DNA from: Coraliomargarita sp.
GTDB lineage: Bacteria; Verrucomicrobiota; Verrucomicrobiia; Opitutales; Coraliomargaritaceae
Length of the DNA: 64,000 bases
Assembly: GCA_965216325.1 (NCBI GenBank)
Contig: OZ244160.1
Span: 1,792,001-1,856,000 of the forward strand
Direction of reading: 5' to 3'
The notes under the pieces were generated by a model. The model saw nothing but the letters and a program-made list of their open reading frames with translations, did not search any database and had not been told where the DNA came from. Every line of letters begins with the position of its first letter. The first letter of the stretch is position 1. A program made the translations under genes and the position numbers. This document shows, in pieces, positions 12,987 to 24,737 of the stretch.

Positions 12987-13838
12987 TTAGGCTGATTTTA
13001 GACGTTTTCGGGCGCGGTAAATTCGGAATATGTGACGCACAGGGCCGTATGCGATGTAGACGAAGAACAGGATGGCAAAGAAGAACTCCTTGAAGAAGAA
13101 GGCAGTGCCGAGTCCCAGTATGAGGCCAATAAAGGTTCTGAATTTGGTTTGGGTGTGCCAATCAACGTCCTTGAAACTTGGATACGGAATGTTACTTACC
13201 ATTAAGAACGCGATTGCCAACATGAAGGGAGGAATCAAGAGGGCTAGACCCCGCGAGTCGAAGTTGGGAGTCTCCAAACTGGTGATGACAAGGACCAGTG
13301 AAGCGATCATGCCCGCCGCTGCCGGAACCGGTAGGCCGAGAAAGTCTTTGGTGCCTTTGAGTTGCTCAGCGGGTGGTAATAACGGGCTGGTTAAGACATT
13401 GAAACGTGATAAGCGGACTGCTGCGCATAGAAGATAGATAAATCCGATCAGCCAACCAAGTTGCTGGAAAAATGGATATTCCTGAGTTGGAGAGAGGATC
13501 AGGAAAATCATCATTAATGCAGGCGCTACGCCGAAGGAGATGATGTCGGCGATCGAATCGAACTCTTTACCAAAGAGTGATTCGCGTCCACCAAGACGGG
13601 CGACTCGGCCATCCAGAGCGTCGCAAATGACGCCAAACAAAATGAACCAAACAGCCTGAGTATAATTCTGAGAAACGATCGCCGGGTCTGTTTCGTAATT
13701 GGCCTGAATACAACGCAGTATTGCTAGAAAGCCAAAGAAGAGATTACCGGCTGTGAGACTGTTGGGTAGCAAGTAAATGTGACTTGCTTCACCCGTATCG
13801 GCATATTGGTGCGGTTTTTTTTCGGGAGTGTCAGACAT
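12987..13838 (-). CDS. pssA: CDP-diacylglycerol--serine O-phosphatidyltransferase
   Basis: LPNSLTAGNL, CDP-alcohol motif DALDGRVAR...FGKEFDSIADIISFGVAPA, FLGLPVPAAA, LMVSNIPYPSFK. Confidence 0.92.
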   Translation of the reverse strand: MSDTPEKKPHQYADTGEASHIYLLPNSLTAGNLFFGFLAILRCIQANYETDPAIVSQNYTQAVWFILFGVICDALDGRVARLGGRESLFGKEFDSIADIISFGVAPALMMIFLILSPTQEYPFFQQLGWLIGFIYLLCAAVRLSRFNVLTSPLLPPAEQLKGTKDFLGLPVPAAAGMIASLVLVITSLETPNFDSRGLALLIPPFMLAIAFLMVSNIPYPSFKDVDWHTQTKFRTFIGLILGLGTAFFFKEFFFAILFFVYIAYGPVRHIFRIYRARKRLKSA

Positions 13839-13866
13839 GCAAATTTAGCACATTAACAGAGAGAGG

Positions 13867-14229
13867 CTAGTCTTCCTGCTTGTGGCGCAACGAGTCCAGA
13901 TACTTCCAGAATGAGTCGTGCTGTTCGACTAGGAAGTCTTCTGTTACAGGTAGTTTGGAACGAAACACGAAATCAGCGAAGGTGTTGCGGTGCAGGATGT
14001 AGTGCGCCAGCAATGCCTCGCCTTGTGGCTCAAAGTAAATGCGAAATTCGCCCGCCCGCACACGGTAGTAAGTCTTACCGTTACGGTGGAAACAACCGAG
14101 CTCGTCGTTTGGATTGTCGAGCTGTTCCTGTGTGAGCGAACTGACGACCTCCACCAGGAGCATTTGAGAACGGGTATCGAGCTGATTGAGCTCGTGCATG
14201 CTTTGTTCGCTGAAATTGACTTGAAACAT
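13867..14229 (-). CDS. RelE/ParE-fold protein, apparently orphan
   Basis: MFQVNFSEQSMHELNQLD...YYRVRAGEFRIYFE...ILHR resembles RelE (YRLRVGDYRIIY...HR). Confidence 0.7.
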   Translation of the reverse strand: MFQVNFSEQSMHELNQLDTRSQMLLVEVVSSLTQEQLDNPNDELGCFHRNGKTYYRVRAGEFRIYFEPQGEALLAHYILHRNTFADFVFRSKLPVTEDFLVEQHDSFWKYLDSLRHKQED

Positions 14230-14359
14230 AATAAATGTGGCAGCGCCAGAAGTTGAATGGGGCGAACATTAGAAGGCTTAGGCTCGGGTGCAACTGAAGA
14301 ATGCGGCTTTGATCGCCATGAAGTTGACCAACAGGACTTTGCCTGCGTAGTTTAGCCGC

Positions 14360-14767
14360 ATGGTAAAAATCTCCATCGATTATCAGGGACAACTACGCTC
14401 ACAAGCTTCTCACGGTCCATCGGGCACGACCCTCACCACGGACGCTCCGGTCGACAATAATGGTAAGGGCGAGAGCTTTTCCCCGACTGATCTCTGTGCA
14501 ACGGCGCTTGGCAGCTGCATGGCGACCATTATCGGCATGCAAACCGAGCGGCTCGGTATTGATCTCAGTGGTATGCGTATCGAAGTCAGTAAAGAGATGT
14601 CTAAGGACCTGCCTCGTCGTATCGTGGAGTTGGTTACTGAGATTTGGTTGCCCATTGAATTGGATGCTGAGCAGCAAAAGCTGGTTGAAAAAGCGGCTCT
14701 CACCTGTCCGGTGCATTACAGTCTGCACCCGGATATCGCTAAGCCGATTCAGTTTCATTGGAAATAA
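14360..14767 (+). CDS. OsmC/YhfA family protein
   Basis: TDAPVDNNGKGESFSPTDL..ALGSC and CPVHYSL. Confidence 0.92.
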   Translation: MVKISIDYQGQLRSQASHGPSGTTLTTDAPVDNNGKGESFSPTDLCATALGSCMATIIGMQTERLGIDLSGMRIEVSKEMSKDLPRRIVELVTEIWLPIELDAEQQKLVEKAALTCPVHYSLHPDIAKPIQFHWK

Positions 14768-14769
14768 GC

Positions 14770-16500
14770 ATGAGCGATATGGATCCCAGTCAGCGAGCGG
14801 TTGCACTATTATTATTTGATACGCAGAACCGCTTGTTTTGCCCGAGTAACGATGATTTTGAGCTACAGCCTAGTATCTTTGCGGCTGACCTGGTGAGTGC
14901 GCAGAAACATGCTGAATCTCTCGTCGAAAACCTGGGAAATGTTCATGAGCTAGTTAATGTCACCTTTAAGGGACAAGAATGCGTTGTTTTTGTGAGCACT
15001 GTTTCAGCTGACCTATCGAACAGTAACTATCACAGTATTGATCAACTAGCCACGGCTAATACCTCGGCAGAGCTGAAAGCAATCCTGGACGCGATTGAGC
15101 CTCATTTGGTCCGTATACCTTACCTGGATCTTGGCGAGAACGAATACATTTATCGCTTCAGGACCGCTAAAGAGCGCAATCGAGGTGTTTATGTGGATCA
15201 GCAATCCGAAGCTTTATACCAGAGTGCACTCTGTTCAGCGATCAAGGCGGTTCGCCGAACTAAGGAGAAATCATCCGGAGTGCCGGCTGTTCTGGATTTT
15301 GGGGCAGTCCGCTATGTGATTCCGAGTCACTTTGGCTTTTGTTTAGGAGTGCAGAATGCAATCGAGCGCGCCTATGAGGCTGTTGCGACGAATCCGGGCA
15401 AGCGTGTTTTCATGCTGAGTGAGTTGATTCATAATCCATTTGTGAATGAGGACCTCCTAGCGCGTGGACTTCGCTATTTGCAAACGGACAAGGGTTTACC
15501 GCTTCGTGCTGACGGAACACCAGCTAGTGATGTGGACGATCCGGATGCATTGTGGAATCAACTGACTGGTGACGACATTGTGATCATTCCTGCATTTGGT
15601 GCGACGAATGAAGACAAGGCACGACTGATTCGCCGTGGTATTGCGATACGCGAAAATGATGCAACCTGTATGCTGGTTGAGAAGGTTTGGAAAGCTGCGC
15701 GCCGCTATGCCAAGGAGGGCTTTACCGTTCTCATTCATGGCAAGTCTGAACATGAAGAGACGAAAGCTACGTTTTCTAACAGCGCGGCACATGGTCCTGC
15801 GTTGATGATTCGGAATATGGATCATGCCGAAGCCCTTGCAAAGGTTCTCCAAGCAGAGGGACCTGAGAAGAAGCGTTTGTTTGAAGCTTCCTTTGATGGA
15901 CTTCATTCAGATGGCTTCGATGCGGAGCGTGATTTGGAAAAGATTGCCGTAGTGAATCAAACGACTCTGCTACGGAATGAAACTTTGCGGATTATTGATT
16001 ATCTGCGGGAAGTGATCGCCGCAAAATACGGTGCGGAGCAGGTCGAGGCTCACTTATGGTCCAAGGGTAAAGGAGATACACTCTGTTATGCGACTCAGGT
16101 TAATCAGGATGCTCTGCACAAAGCAGTTGAAAAATCGATTGATGCGGCGCTTGTCGTCGGTGGGCGTAACAGTTCGAATACTTATCAACTGTATCGTGTT
16201 TGTAAGGAGCGTTTTGGTGACGATGCACATTACATTCAGTCTGAATCTAATATTCTTTCGAAGGATCAGATCCGACATTATCACTTCCCTGTACACGGAG
16301 AAAAGATTAGCCAAAGCCAAACAGAAATTCGTCCATTCTTAAAAGAAAGCGACTCCGCCTTGACAATTCTGCTAACTGGTGGGGCATCGTGCCCAGATGG
16401 TATTATCCAGCAGGTAATCAATAAAATAAATAGCTTCTTTCCCGCACAAACACTGACACCAGTCGATGATATCGTAAAAACTTTTGAGTCTGAAGTTTGA
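14770..16500 (+). CDS. ispH: 4-hydroxy-3-methylbut-2-enyl diphosphate reductase with a long N-terminal extension
   Basis: FGFCLGV, ELIHNP, PAFG, DATC, HEET, NQTT, DTLCYATQ, VGGRNSSNT, TGGASCP; all three Fe-S cysteines present. Confidence 0.92.
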   Translation: MSDMDPSQRAVALLLFDTQNRLFCPSNDDFELQPSIFAADLVSAQKHAESLVENLGNVHELVNVTFKGQECVVFVSTVSADLSNSNYHSIDQLATANTSAELKAILDAIEPHLVRIPYLDLGENEYIYRFRTAKERNRGVYVDQQSEALYQSALCSAIKAVRRTKEKSSGVPAVLDFGAVRYVIPSHFGFCLGVQNAIERAYEAVATNPGKRVFMLSELIHNPFVNEDLLARGLRYLQTDKGLPLRADGTPASDVDDPDALWNQLTGDDIVIIPAFGATNEDKARLIRRGIAIRENDATCMLVEKVWKAARRYAKEGFTVLIHGKSEHEETKATFSNSAAHGPALMIRNMDHAEALAKVLQAEGPEKKRLFEASFDGLHSDGFDAERDLEKIAVVNQTTLLRNETLRIIDYLREVIAAKYGAEQVEAHLWSKGKGDTLCYATQVNQDALHKAVEKSIDAALVVGGRNSSNTYQLYRVCKERFGDDAHYIQSESNILSKDQIRHYHFPVHGEKISQSQTEIRPFLKESDSALTILLTGGASCPDGIIQQVINKINSFFPAQTLTPVDDIVKTFESEV

Positions 16501-16531
16501 GGAACAAACAGCATTGATTAAGTTATAGGTA

Positions 16532-16876
16532 GTGCTAATCGGACTCACAGACTTTGATGGCAGCCCCGCCCCCTTGATAGATTACGCGATCGGAACGGTC
16601 GTGTATCACAAGCTCTACAATTATCGCGGTGTGGTCGTTGCACACGACCTGCAGTGTATGGCAGGCGACACGTGGTATTATGCCAACAAGACTCAGCCAT
16701 CCAAGGATCAGCCATGGTATCATGTCTTGGTGCACGATAGCGGCGGCCTTAGCACCTATGTTGCTCAGGAAAATTTAGAGATCGATGATAGTGGCGAATC
16801 GGTGAATCACCCAAGGATCGATAGCTATTTTTCCGAGTTTAAGGATGGGCATTATCTCGTGCATCCAGCTGAGTAA
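16532..16876 (+). CDS. hspQ: HspQ/YccV-like protein
   Basis: IGTVVYHKLYNYRGVVV..D, DQPWYHVLV, TYVAQENL, HPRIDSYF. Confidence 0.88.
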   Translation: MLIGLTDFDGSPAPLIDYAIGTVVYHKLYNYRGVVVAHDLQCMAGDTWYYANKTQPSKDQPWYHVLVHDSGGLSTYVAQENLEIDDSGESVNHPRIDSYFSEFKDGHYLVHPAE

Positions 16877-16886
16877 GTAGCTTCAG

Positions 16887-18278
16887 TTAAACGGTTACAG
16901 CTTCGCTGCTCTGTTCTGCCTCCATACCCTCGAGAATCAATTCCCCCATGAGTGTGCTTGCAGTAGCGCTTAGTATCTTAACTGGAACCAGTTGGCCGAT
17001 CAGACGTGGGCTCGCTTTAACAATCACTTTGCGGTGGCCACGTGTGCGGCCAACAAACATGTCCTCACCACGTTTTGCCGGACCCTCAAACAGCACTTCT
17101 TCAGTCATGCCCACCAGTGATTCATTTCGCTCTAAGGAACGCTTACCGAGAATATCGAGTAGCACCTGATTGCGCTCTTCTTTGACTTCTTTCGTAATCG
17201 GATCGCCGAGTGGCTCAGCCGTTGTCCCAGGGCGCACACTGTATTTGAAGAGGTAAGCCATATCGAAGCCGATGTCTTCAAAATGTGAACGCGTCATCTC
17301 AAAGTCTTCGTCGGTCTCACCGGGGAAGCCAACGATGACATCGGTTGAGATATAAACATCAGGGCGCACGCTGCGGATTTTGTCGATAATACGGCGGAAG
17401 CGCTCGATCGTATAGGGACGTCGCATTGCTTTAAGAATGCGGTCACTGCCACTCTGCATCGGGAAGTGCAGGTATTCGCAGAGCTTCGGCATGCGGCCAT
17501 AGCATTCAATCAAGTCATCCTTGAAACCGACCGGGTGCGGGCTGGTGAAGCGGATGCGCTCAATACCATCGATTTCATGAACCTTTTCGAGCAGTTGCAC
17601 GAATGGGCTCTTCTTATCGACAAAAGGAAATTCGCGAATGCCGTATTGGTTTACAATCTGGCCGAGCAAAGTAATTTCACGAGTGCCACTAGCTGCCAGT
17701 TCTTTGACTTCCGCAACGATTTCATCCATCGGGCGGGCGCGCTCAGCACCGCGTGTCTTCGGCACGATGCAGTAGGAGCACTTCATGTTGCAGCCCTGCA
17801 TGATGCTGACAAATGCGGTTACCTGATCTTTCTCCTCAATGTGGGATTTGATCGTGTTTTGTGAGCCTTCTTCTTCTTCGAGATCAATGATGCTCTCTGG
17901 ACGTGGGCCTTGCCCTTGCAGGGTCGCGATCATATTGTCCAAGTGCTCAGGCACACGGTGAAATTTTTGTGTTCCAACAATCAGATCGAGGTCCGGCAGG
18001 CGGTCGAGCAGGTCGCTGCCACGATTTTGCGCCATGCAGCCCATCACTCCGAGAATGAAGTTCGGGTTCTTCTTTTTACGCTTGGTCAGGTGTCCGGCTT
18101 TGCCGATGGCCTTCTGCTCTGCCTGATCACGCACACTACAGGTGTTGAGAAGAACGACGTCTGCTTCCTGCTCATTGTCCACCATGGAGTAGCCCTTGCC
18201 GCGCAGCATTGCAGCAACCGCGTCGGAGTCGCGCTCGTTCATTTGGCACCCGTAGGTCTTAATATAAACCCGATTCAT
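16887..18278 (-). CDS. miaB: tRNA-2-methylthio-N6-dimethylallyladenosine synthase
   Basis: IKTYGCQMNERDS, NTCSVR, GCMAQ, CxxxCxxC (GCNMKCSYC), RFTSPHP, C-terminal TRAM domain. Confidence 0.97.
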   Translation of the reverse strand: MNRVYIKTYGCQMNERDSDAVAAMLRGKGYSMVDNEQEADVVLLNTCSVRDQAEQKAIGKAGHLTKRKKKNPNFILGVMGCMAQNRGSDLLDRLPDLDLIVGTQKFHRVPEHLDNMIATLQGQGPRPESIIDLEEEEGSQNTIKSHIEEKDQVTAFVSIMQGCNMKCSYCIVPKTRGAERARPMDEIVAEVKELAASGTREITLLGQIVNQYGIREFPFVDKKSPFVQLLEKVHEIDGIERIRFTSPHPVGFKDDLIECYGRMPKLCEYLHFPMQSGSDRILKAMRRPYTIERFRRIIDKIRSVRPDVYISTDVIVGFPGETDEDFEMTRSHFEDIGFDMAYLFKYSVRPGTTAEPLGDPITKEVKEERNQVLLDILGKRSLERNESLVGMTEEVLFEGPAKRGEDMFVGRTRGHRKVIVKASPRLIGQLVPVKILSATASTLMGELILEGMEAEQSSEAVTV

Positions 18279-18435
18279 AAGGAGCGCGGAGCATGTTGGC
18301 TAAGAGTGCTTTGTAAATGAAGAACTGCAGGCTCTGCCGACAGAATTGTATAAAAATTGTAAGAAAATATTTAAACTAGAGGGCTTATTTAGTGGGGCCT
18401 TGACCCCTCTATTGCGTGTAGCTTCACTGTATATT

Positions 18436-19023
18436 ATGTCTAACTCACAACTTACCCCCCGTGATATGATTCTGAATGTGGCTGGTGAACTGTTCCACCG
18501 TAAGGGCTACGGCGCCGTGACCATTCAGGATGTGATTGAAGCTTGCAACATCACCCCGGCAACTTTCCACCGTAATTTTCAAAGCAAGTCCGAACTTGGC
18601 TGTGCGTGGTTGGAGCGACTCAACCGCCGCATGGCGTCGATGCATCTGACTTTCATGGAGAAGCTCGGGGCGCGGGAAACTCGCCTTAAGAAATACTTTT
18701 TGTCCATGGGCAATTGGCTTGAAACCAATGGCTACCGTTCGTGCCAATTTGCCAATACGGCTGCCAGTATCGACGAGGCGGACCACGATATTGTGGATAT
18801 GGTCGATCAGTATAAGCGTGCGCAGCATAAGTTTTTCATCGATCTGGTGAAAACGATTGTTGGTCCGAAAGATGCTAAGAAGATCGGCACCGCAGTCTTC
18901 CTCCTATTTTCAGGTGCGATGACTGAGGCTCAGAATTTAAAAGCAAAGTGGCCGCTGGAAGATGCGCTTACTTGTGCCGAAGAGCTTTGCGAACTCCATG
19001 TCGGTATGGAAGTCGCCGTGTAA
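18436..19023 (+). CDS. TetR/AcrR family regulator, Cys-rich
   Basis: ELFHRKGYGAVTIQDV...TFHRNFQSKSEL HTH; SCQFANT. Start at MSNSQ. Confidence 0.88.
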   Translation: MSNSQLTPRDMILNVAGELFHRKGYGAVTIQDVIEACNITPATFHRNFQSKSELGCAWLERLNRRMASMHLTFMEKLGARETRLKKYFLSMGNWLETNGYRSCQFANTAASIDEADHDIVDMVDQYKRAQHKFFIDLVKTIVGPKDAKKIGTAVFLLFSGAMTEAQNLKAKWPLEDALTCAEELCELHVGMEVAV

Positions 19024-19058
19024 GGTTTTACCCTAGCCCCCTATTATGGTCCCCGGAA

Positions 19059-19089
19059 GGCCGGCAGATGGATTTCTGCCGGCTTTTTT
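19059..19089 (+). terminator. Intrinsic terminator after the TetR gene
   Basis: GCCGGCAGA-TGGATT-TCTGCCGGC followed by TTTTTT. Confidence 0.8.
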
Positions 19090-19230
19090 ATGGTTCCTCG
19101 TCGATTACCGGGGAATCCTTACATGGCTGTGCGGGTTAAAGCGACGGACAGGTTCCGAGTGGAACGACAAGACCGGGCACGGAGTGGACCGGACCATGTC
19201 CGTCCTCCTTTGCCGAGACCATGTTTTCGA

Positions 19231-19256
19231 AAGGAGGCAGGACATTCCTGTCCTGC
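19231..19256 (+). repeat. REP-like palindrome AAGGAGGCAGGACATTCCTGTCCTGC
   Basis: Imperfect hairpin with a degenerate inverted neighbour ending in CCTCCTT near 19204-19210. Confidence 0.45.
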
Positions 19257-19489
19257 TCAAGTTTGCCAGTTGCCGTCGGGCTACTTGTTGTCTGTCGTGG
19301 GGCAAAGTGATCGCAGCCCGAGCATGAATCTCTGCCTTTCATCCGATTCGACGAGGAACCCCAATTAAGCACGCATTCCCCGGAAAGTAACGAAGAACCT
19401 TTTTTATGGCACATCTTGACAGAGCGCTGGTCAGTTCCAAGCTCCACAAGTTTTTCAACTACAACCGAAACCAAAATAGACAGTATAAT

Positions 19490-20017
19490 ATGATCACCGT
19501 CGGCGATTCATTCCCTCAGTTCAAAGTCAAGGCCTGCAATGGTCTTACCAACGACGATCTTATCGAGATCACCAGCGAAAGCTACGAAGGTAAGTGGAAG
19601 GTATTTTTCTTCTACCCAAAGGACTTCACTTTCGTCTGCCCAACTGAGATCGTTGAGTTCAGCAAGCAAGCTGAAGAATTTGCTGACCGTGACACAGTGG
19701 TTCTTGGCGGTAGTGCTGACAACGAGTTCTGCCACCTTGCATGGCGCAATGATCACGAAGATCTTCGTGGCCTGCAAATCCCTCTCATTGCTGCTCCGAA
19801 ACTCGCTCGTGAGCTTGGCATCCTTGACCCAGAAGAGAACGTCTGCCTGCGTGCAACTTTCATCGTCGATCCACATGGCGTCGTTCAATACGCATCTTGC
19901 AACAACCTCAGTGTTGGCCGCAATGTGAAGGAAATCCTGCGCGTACTCGACGCGATCCAGTCGGATGAGCTCTGCCCATGCAACTGGAAGAAGGGTGACG
20001 AAACCATCAAGGTCTGA
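19490..20017 (+). CDS. ahpC: 2-Cys peroxiredoxin AhpC
   Basis: FYPKDFTFVCPTEI, GRNVKEILRVLDA, LCPCNW. Confidence 0.96.
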   Translation: MITVGDSFPQFKVKACNGLTNDDLIEITSESYEGKWKVFFFYPKDFTFVCPTEIVEFSKQAEEFADRDTVVLGGSADNEFCHLAWRNDHEDLRGLQIPLIAAPKLARELGILDPEENVCLRATFIVDPHGVVQYASCNNLSVGRNVKEILRVLDAIQSDELCPCNWKKGDETIKV

Positions 20018-20026
20018 GTTTAATCC

Positions 20027-20557
20027 ATGGAGAATGTAGCTGAATTGCTCTCGCAGCTTCCTGATGAAGCTAAGGATATCCGTATCAACGCCAAGCGTGT
20101 GTTGGCTGCCGAAGAGTCGCTCGATAATGAGCAGACTTGGGGGACCGCACTCGCCTGCGCGTATTTCATCCGCAATGCAGAGATTACCGAGGCAGTCTTG
20201 AACGATGCTAAGGCTGCAGGTGTGAGTGAGGCTGTATTGGCTGATGCGAAAGCGGCAGCCTGTTTGATGGGACAGAATACGATCTACTATCGTTTCCGTC
20301 ACCTGATGAACAGCGAGCAATATAACCAGCGTCCAGCAAATCTGCGCATGATGCGTATGCAGCAGGTCGCGTCAACCAAGCTCAACTTCGAGCTGTTCTC
20401 GATTGGTCCAGCCGCACTCAAGGGTTGCGAGATGTGCCTTAAGGCACACGAAGCTCAAGTGAAGGCTGGCGGTCTCAATGAGGACCAAGTGCATGATGCG
20501 GTTCGCATCTCGGCCGTGCTTTTCGGTCTGGCAGTCGCTCTAGACACTGCCATCTAA
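20027..20557 (+). CDS. ahpD: Alkylhydroperoxidase AhpD
   Basis: AKDIRIN, NTIYYRFRHL, LRM, FEL, GCEMCLKAH; directly downstream of ahpC. Confidence 0.92.
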   Translation: MENVAELLSQLPDEAKDIRINAKRVLAAEESLDNEQTWGTALACAYFIRNAEITEAVLNDAKAAGVSEAVLADAKAAACLMGQNTIYYRFRHLMNSEQYNQRPANLRMMRMQQVASTKLNFELFSIGPAALKGCEMCLKAHEAQVKAGGLNEDQVHDAVRISAVLFGLAVALDTAI

Positions 20558-20578
20558 GCAGCTACAGATTTTTTTACG

Positions 20579-20608
20579 AAGGGCGTTGTGTGAAACAGCG
20601 CCCTTTTT
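20579..20608 (+). terminator. Intrinsic terminator of ahpCD
   Basis: AAGGGCGTTGT-GTGAA-ACAGCGCCCTTTTT. Confidence 0.8.
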
Positions 20609-20660
20609 GGTGTCTGCTTACTTGTCGTGGAGTAGAAGATGCTTTTGTTCCAGATCGACC

Positions 20661-21068
20661 ATGTCCTACGAACCACAGAGAATTTTTGTTTACGGTACCC
20701 TCCAACCGGGGGGCACTTATTGGCCACAATTTTGCGAAGGCAAAGTCAGTGATGTTGTCGCTGCAATGGCGAAGGGGCAATTGTTCGATCTCCATCAGGG
20801 TTATCCGGGAGCACAGTTTGGCGGTTCTAGCTGGATTCGAGGTTGTGTGATGTCCGTTCTATCCGAGCAGGCCTTGCTCAAGATTGATGAACTCGAAGGT
20901 TACGACGGAAGTCGTGGGTATTTAGAAAACGAATACACCCGAGTCCGGGTCGATACCTATGACGTGGCAGGAGCGTTTTTAGGCCAGGTCTGGGCTTATG
21001 AGATTAATGCGCACTATCTGCATCGCTTCAAAGGCACCCTCATGCCGGATGGCATTTGGCCGCTGTAG
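20661..21068 (+). CDS. Gamma-glutamylcyclotransferase (GGCT/AIG2-like) family protein
   Basis: IFVYGTLQPG, GYPG, IDELEGY, YTRV, WAY. Confidence 0.88.
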   Translation: MSYEPQRIFVYGTLQPGGTYWPQFCEGKVSDVVAAMAKGQLFDLHQGYPGAQFGGSSWIRGCVMSVLSEQALLKIDELEGYDGSRGYLENEYTRVRVDTYDVAGAFLGQVWAYEINAHYLHRFKGTLMPDGIWPL

Positions 21069-21261
21069 CTGATTCAACAGCAGTTGTTCGCTAACATGAC
21101 TGCTCAATTGATTAATAAGCATAGCTTATACAATACAGTTTTATCGTTAAGTTTAGTTAATCGAATTGCATTCAGGGGGAGCTGTGATAAGTAAAACTGA
21201 TTCTAATTTAATTAGAACATTCACTACACTTATCACTCAAACGTTTTAACCTACCGAAAAA

Positions 21262-23535
<2,274 letters not shown>

Positions 23536-23555
23536 ATTTGTTCTTTATAGATATG

Positions 23556-23662
23556 ACCACCCCGACCGGACAAGCCGGTCACCCCTCCTCATCAAGGAGG
23601 GGAGCTTCAGAAAGCTCCTCCCCTGCTAAGGGGAGGTCATCCGCTCGTCGGATGGGAGGGGT
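23556..23662. repeat. CCCCTCC/GGAGGGG palindromic repeat doublet (related copies at 26653-26759 and 60970-61024)
   Basis: CACCCCTCCTC(A/G)TCAAGGAGGGGA and AGAAAGCTCCTCCCCTGC.AAGGGGAGGTCATCCGCT...CGGATGGGAGGGGT recur nearly identically. Confidence 0.75.
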
Positions 23663-23813
23663 CTCTTAAAAACAGTTTAAGCCGTCGTTTCGACAATAGG
23701 ATTTTCCATCCACCCATCGGCTCCGCACCTCCCATCCCGCGGAGCCACACCGGCGCAGGGCAGCCCCCCTGTCCTGCGCCACTTAGTTTTTTCCTCACAA
23801 CCGCCTACCAGCC

Positions 23814-24608
23814 ATGTGCACACTCGCAGAACCAATCAATGACAACGCTAACGCCGCCACTTGCGCTTTCGCAAATGACGCCGATACCTTGGGTTACGTC
23901 CATTCCGTAGAGACCTGCGGAACAGTTGACGGCCCGGGCCTGCGCTATGTTCTCTTTTTGAATGGGTGCCCACTGCGCTGTATGTATTGCCACAACCCGG
24001 ATGCACAGGGTAAGCCACACGGCGAGCAAAAGAGCCCGACTGAGGTGATTGAGGATGTGGTCAAATACAAGAACTTCATCAAGGACGGCGGCTTGACCAT
24101 AAGTGGCGGTGAGCCGCTCATGCAGCCCAAGTTCGTTGAGGCCACCTTTAAGGCAGCCAAGGCCGAAGGCCTCCACACGACACTGGATACCTCTGGTTTC
24201 CTAGGCCACAAGGCGACCGACGAGCTACTCGACAACACCGACCTCGTCCTGCTCGACATCAAGAGCTGGAGCCCACTCACCTACAAGTATGTGACCGGCG
24301 TCTGCGTCGACAACACTGTCAAGTTTGCCAAGCGTCTCGACGAGCGGGGCAACAAGGTCTGGATCCGCTTCGTGCTGGTGCCTGGACTGACGGACAACGC
24401 TAAGAACGTCGAAGGCCTTGCCGAGTTCGTCGCCACTTTGGGCAACGTCGAGCGCGTTGAGATCCTCCCCTTCCACAAGATAGGCGAGCACAAATACGCG
24501 GCTGCTGGACTCGACTACAAGCTCAAGGACACGCCCACACCAACCAAGGGTGAGGTCGAAGCCGTGCAACGCATCTTCGCCAAGCACGGTATCGAGGCGA
24601 AGGTTTAG
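23814..24608 (+). CDS. pflA: Pyruvate formate-lyase activating enzyme
   Basis: HSVETCGTVDGPGLR, GCPLRCMYCHNPD, SGGEPLMQ, LDTSG, ILPFH. Confidence 0.97.
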   Translation: MCTLAEPINDNANAATCAFANDADTLGYVHSVETCGTVDGPGLRYVLFLNGCPLRCMYCHNPDAQGKPHGEQKSPTEVIEDVVKYKNFIKDGGLTISGGEPLMQPKFVEATFKAAKAEGLHTTLDTSGFLGHKATDELLDNTDLVLLDIKSWSPLTYKYVTGVCVDNTVKFAKRLDERGNKVWIRFVLVPGLTDNAKNVEGLAEFVATLGNVERVEILPFHKIGEHKYAAAGLDYKLKDTPTPTKGEVEAVQRIFAKHGIEAKV

Positions 24609-24737
24609 TCGAAATTGGGGTTCCGACTTTAGGCGTTTGAAGCGTTCAGTTAGTTACGAGCATTCGTGAACCTTGGGTAGGGAGGTCCAAGTTGCTTGTC
24701 CTTGCGGTTTATCGCGCTTGGGTGCATCTGCTTAGTT

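Noticed and set aside
16532..16876. HspQ/YccV as an origin-sequestration factor because it is near oriC
   Set aside because: The putative origin has no GATC cluster; proximity alone is insufficient.
19406..19423. Sigma54 promoter upstream of ahpC (TGGCAC...)
   Set aside because: No GC at the -12 position.
20661..21068. GGCT as partner of the gamma-glutamyl ligase
   Set aside because: It is about 17 kb away in an unrelated context with no shared regulatory motif.
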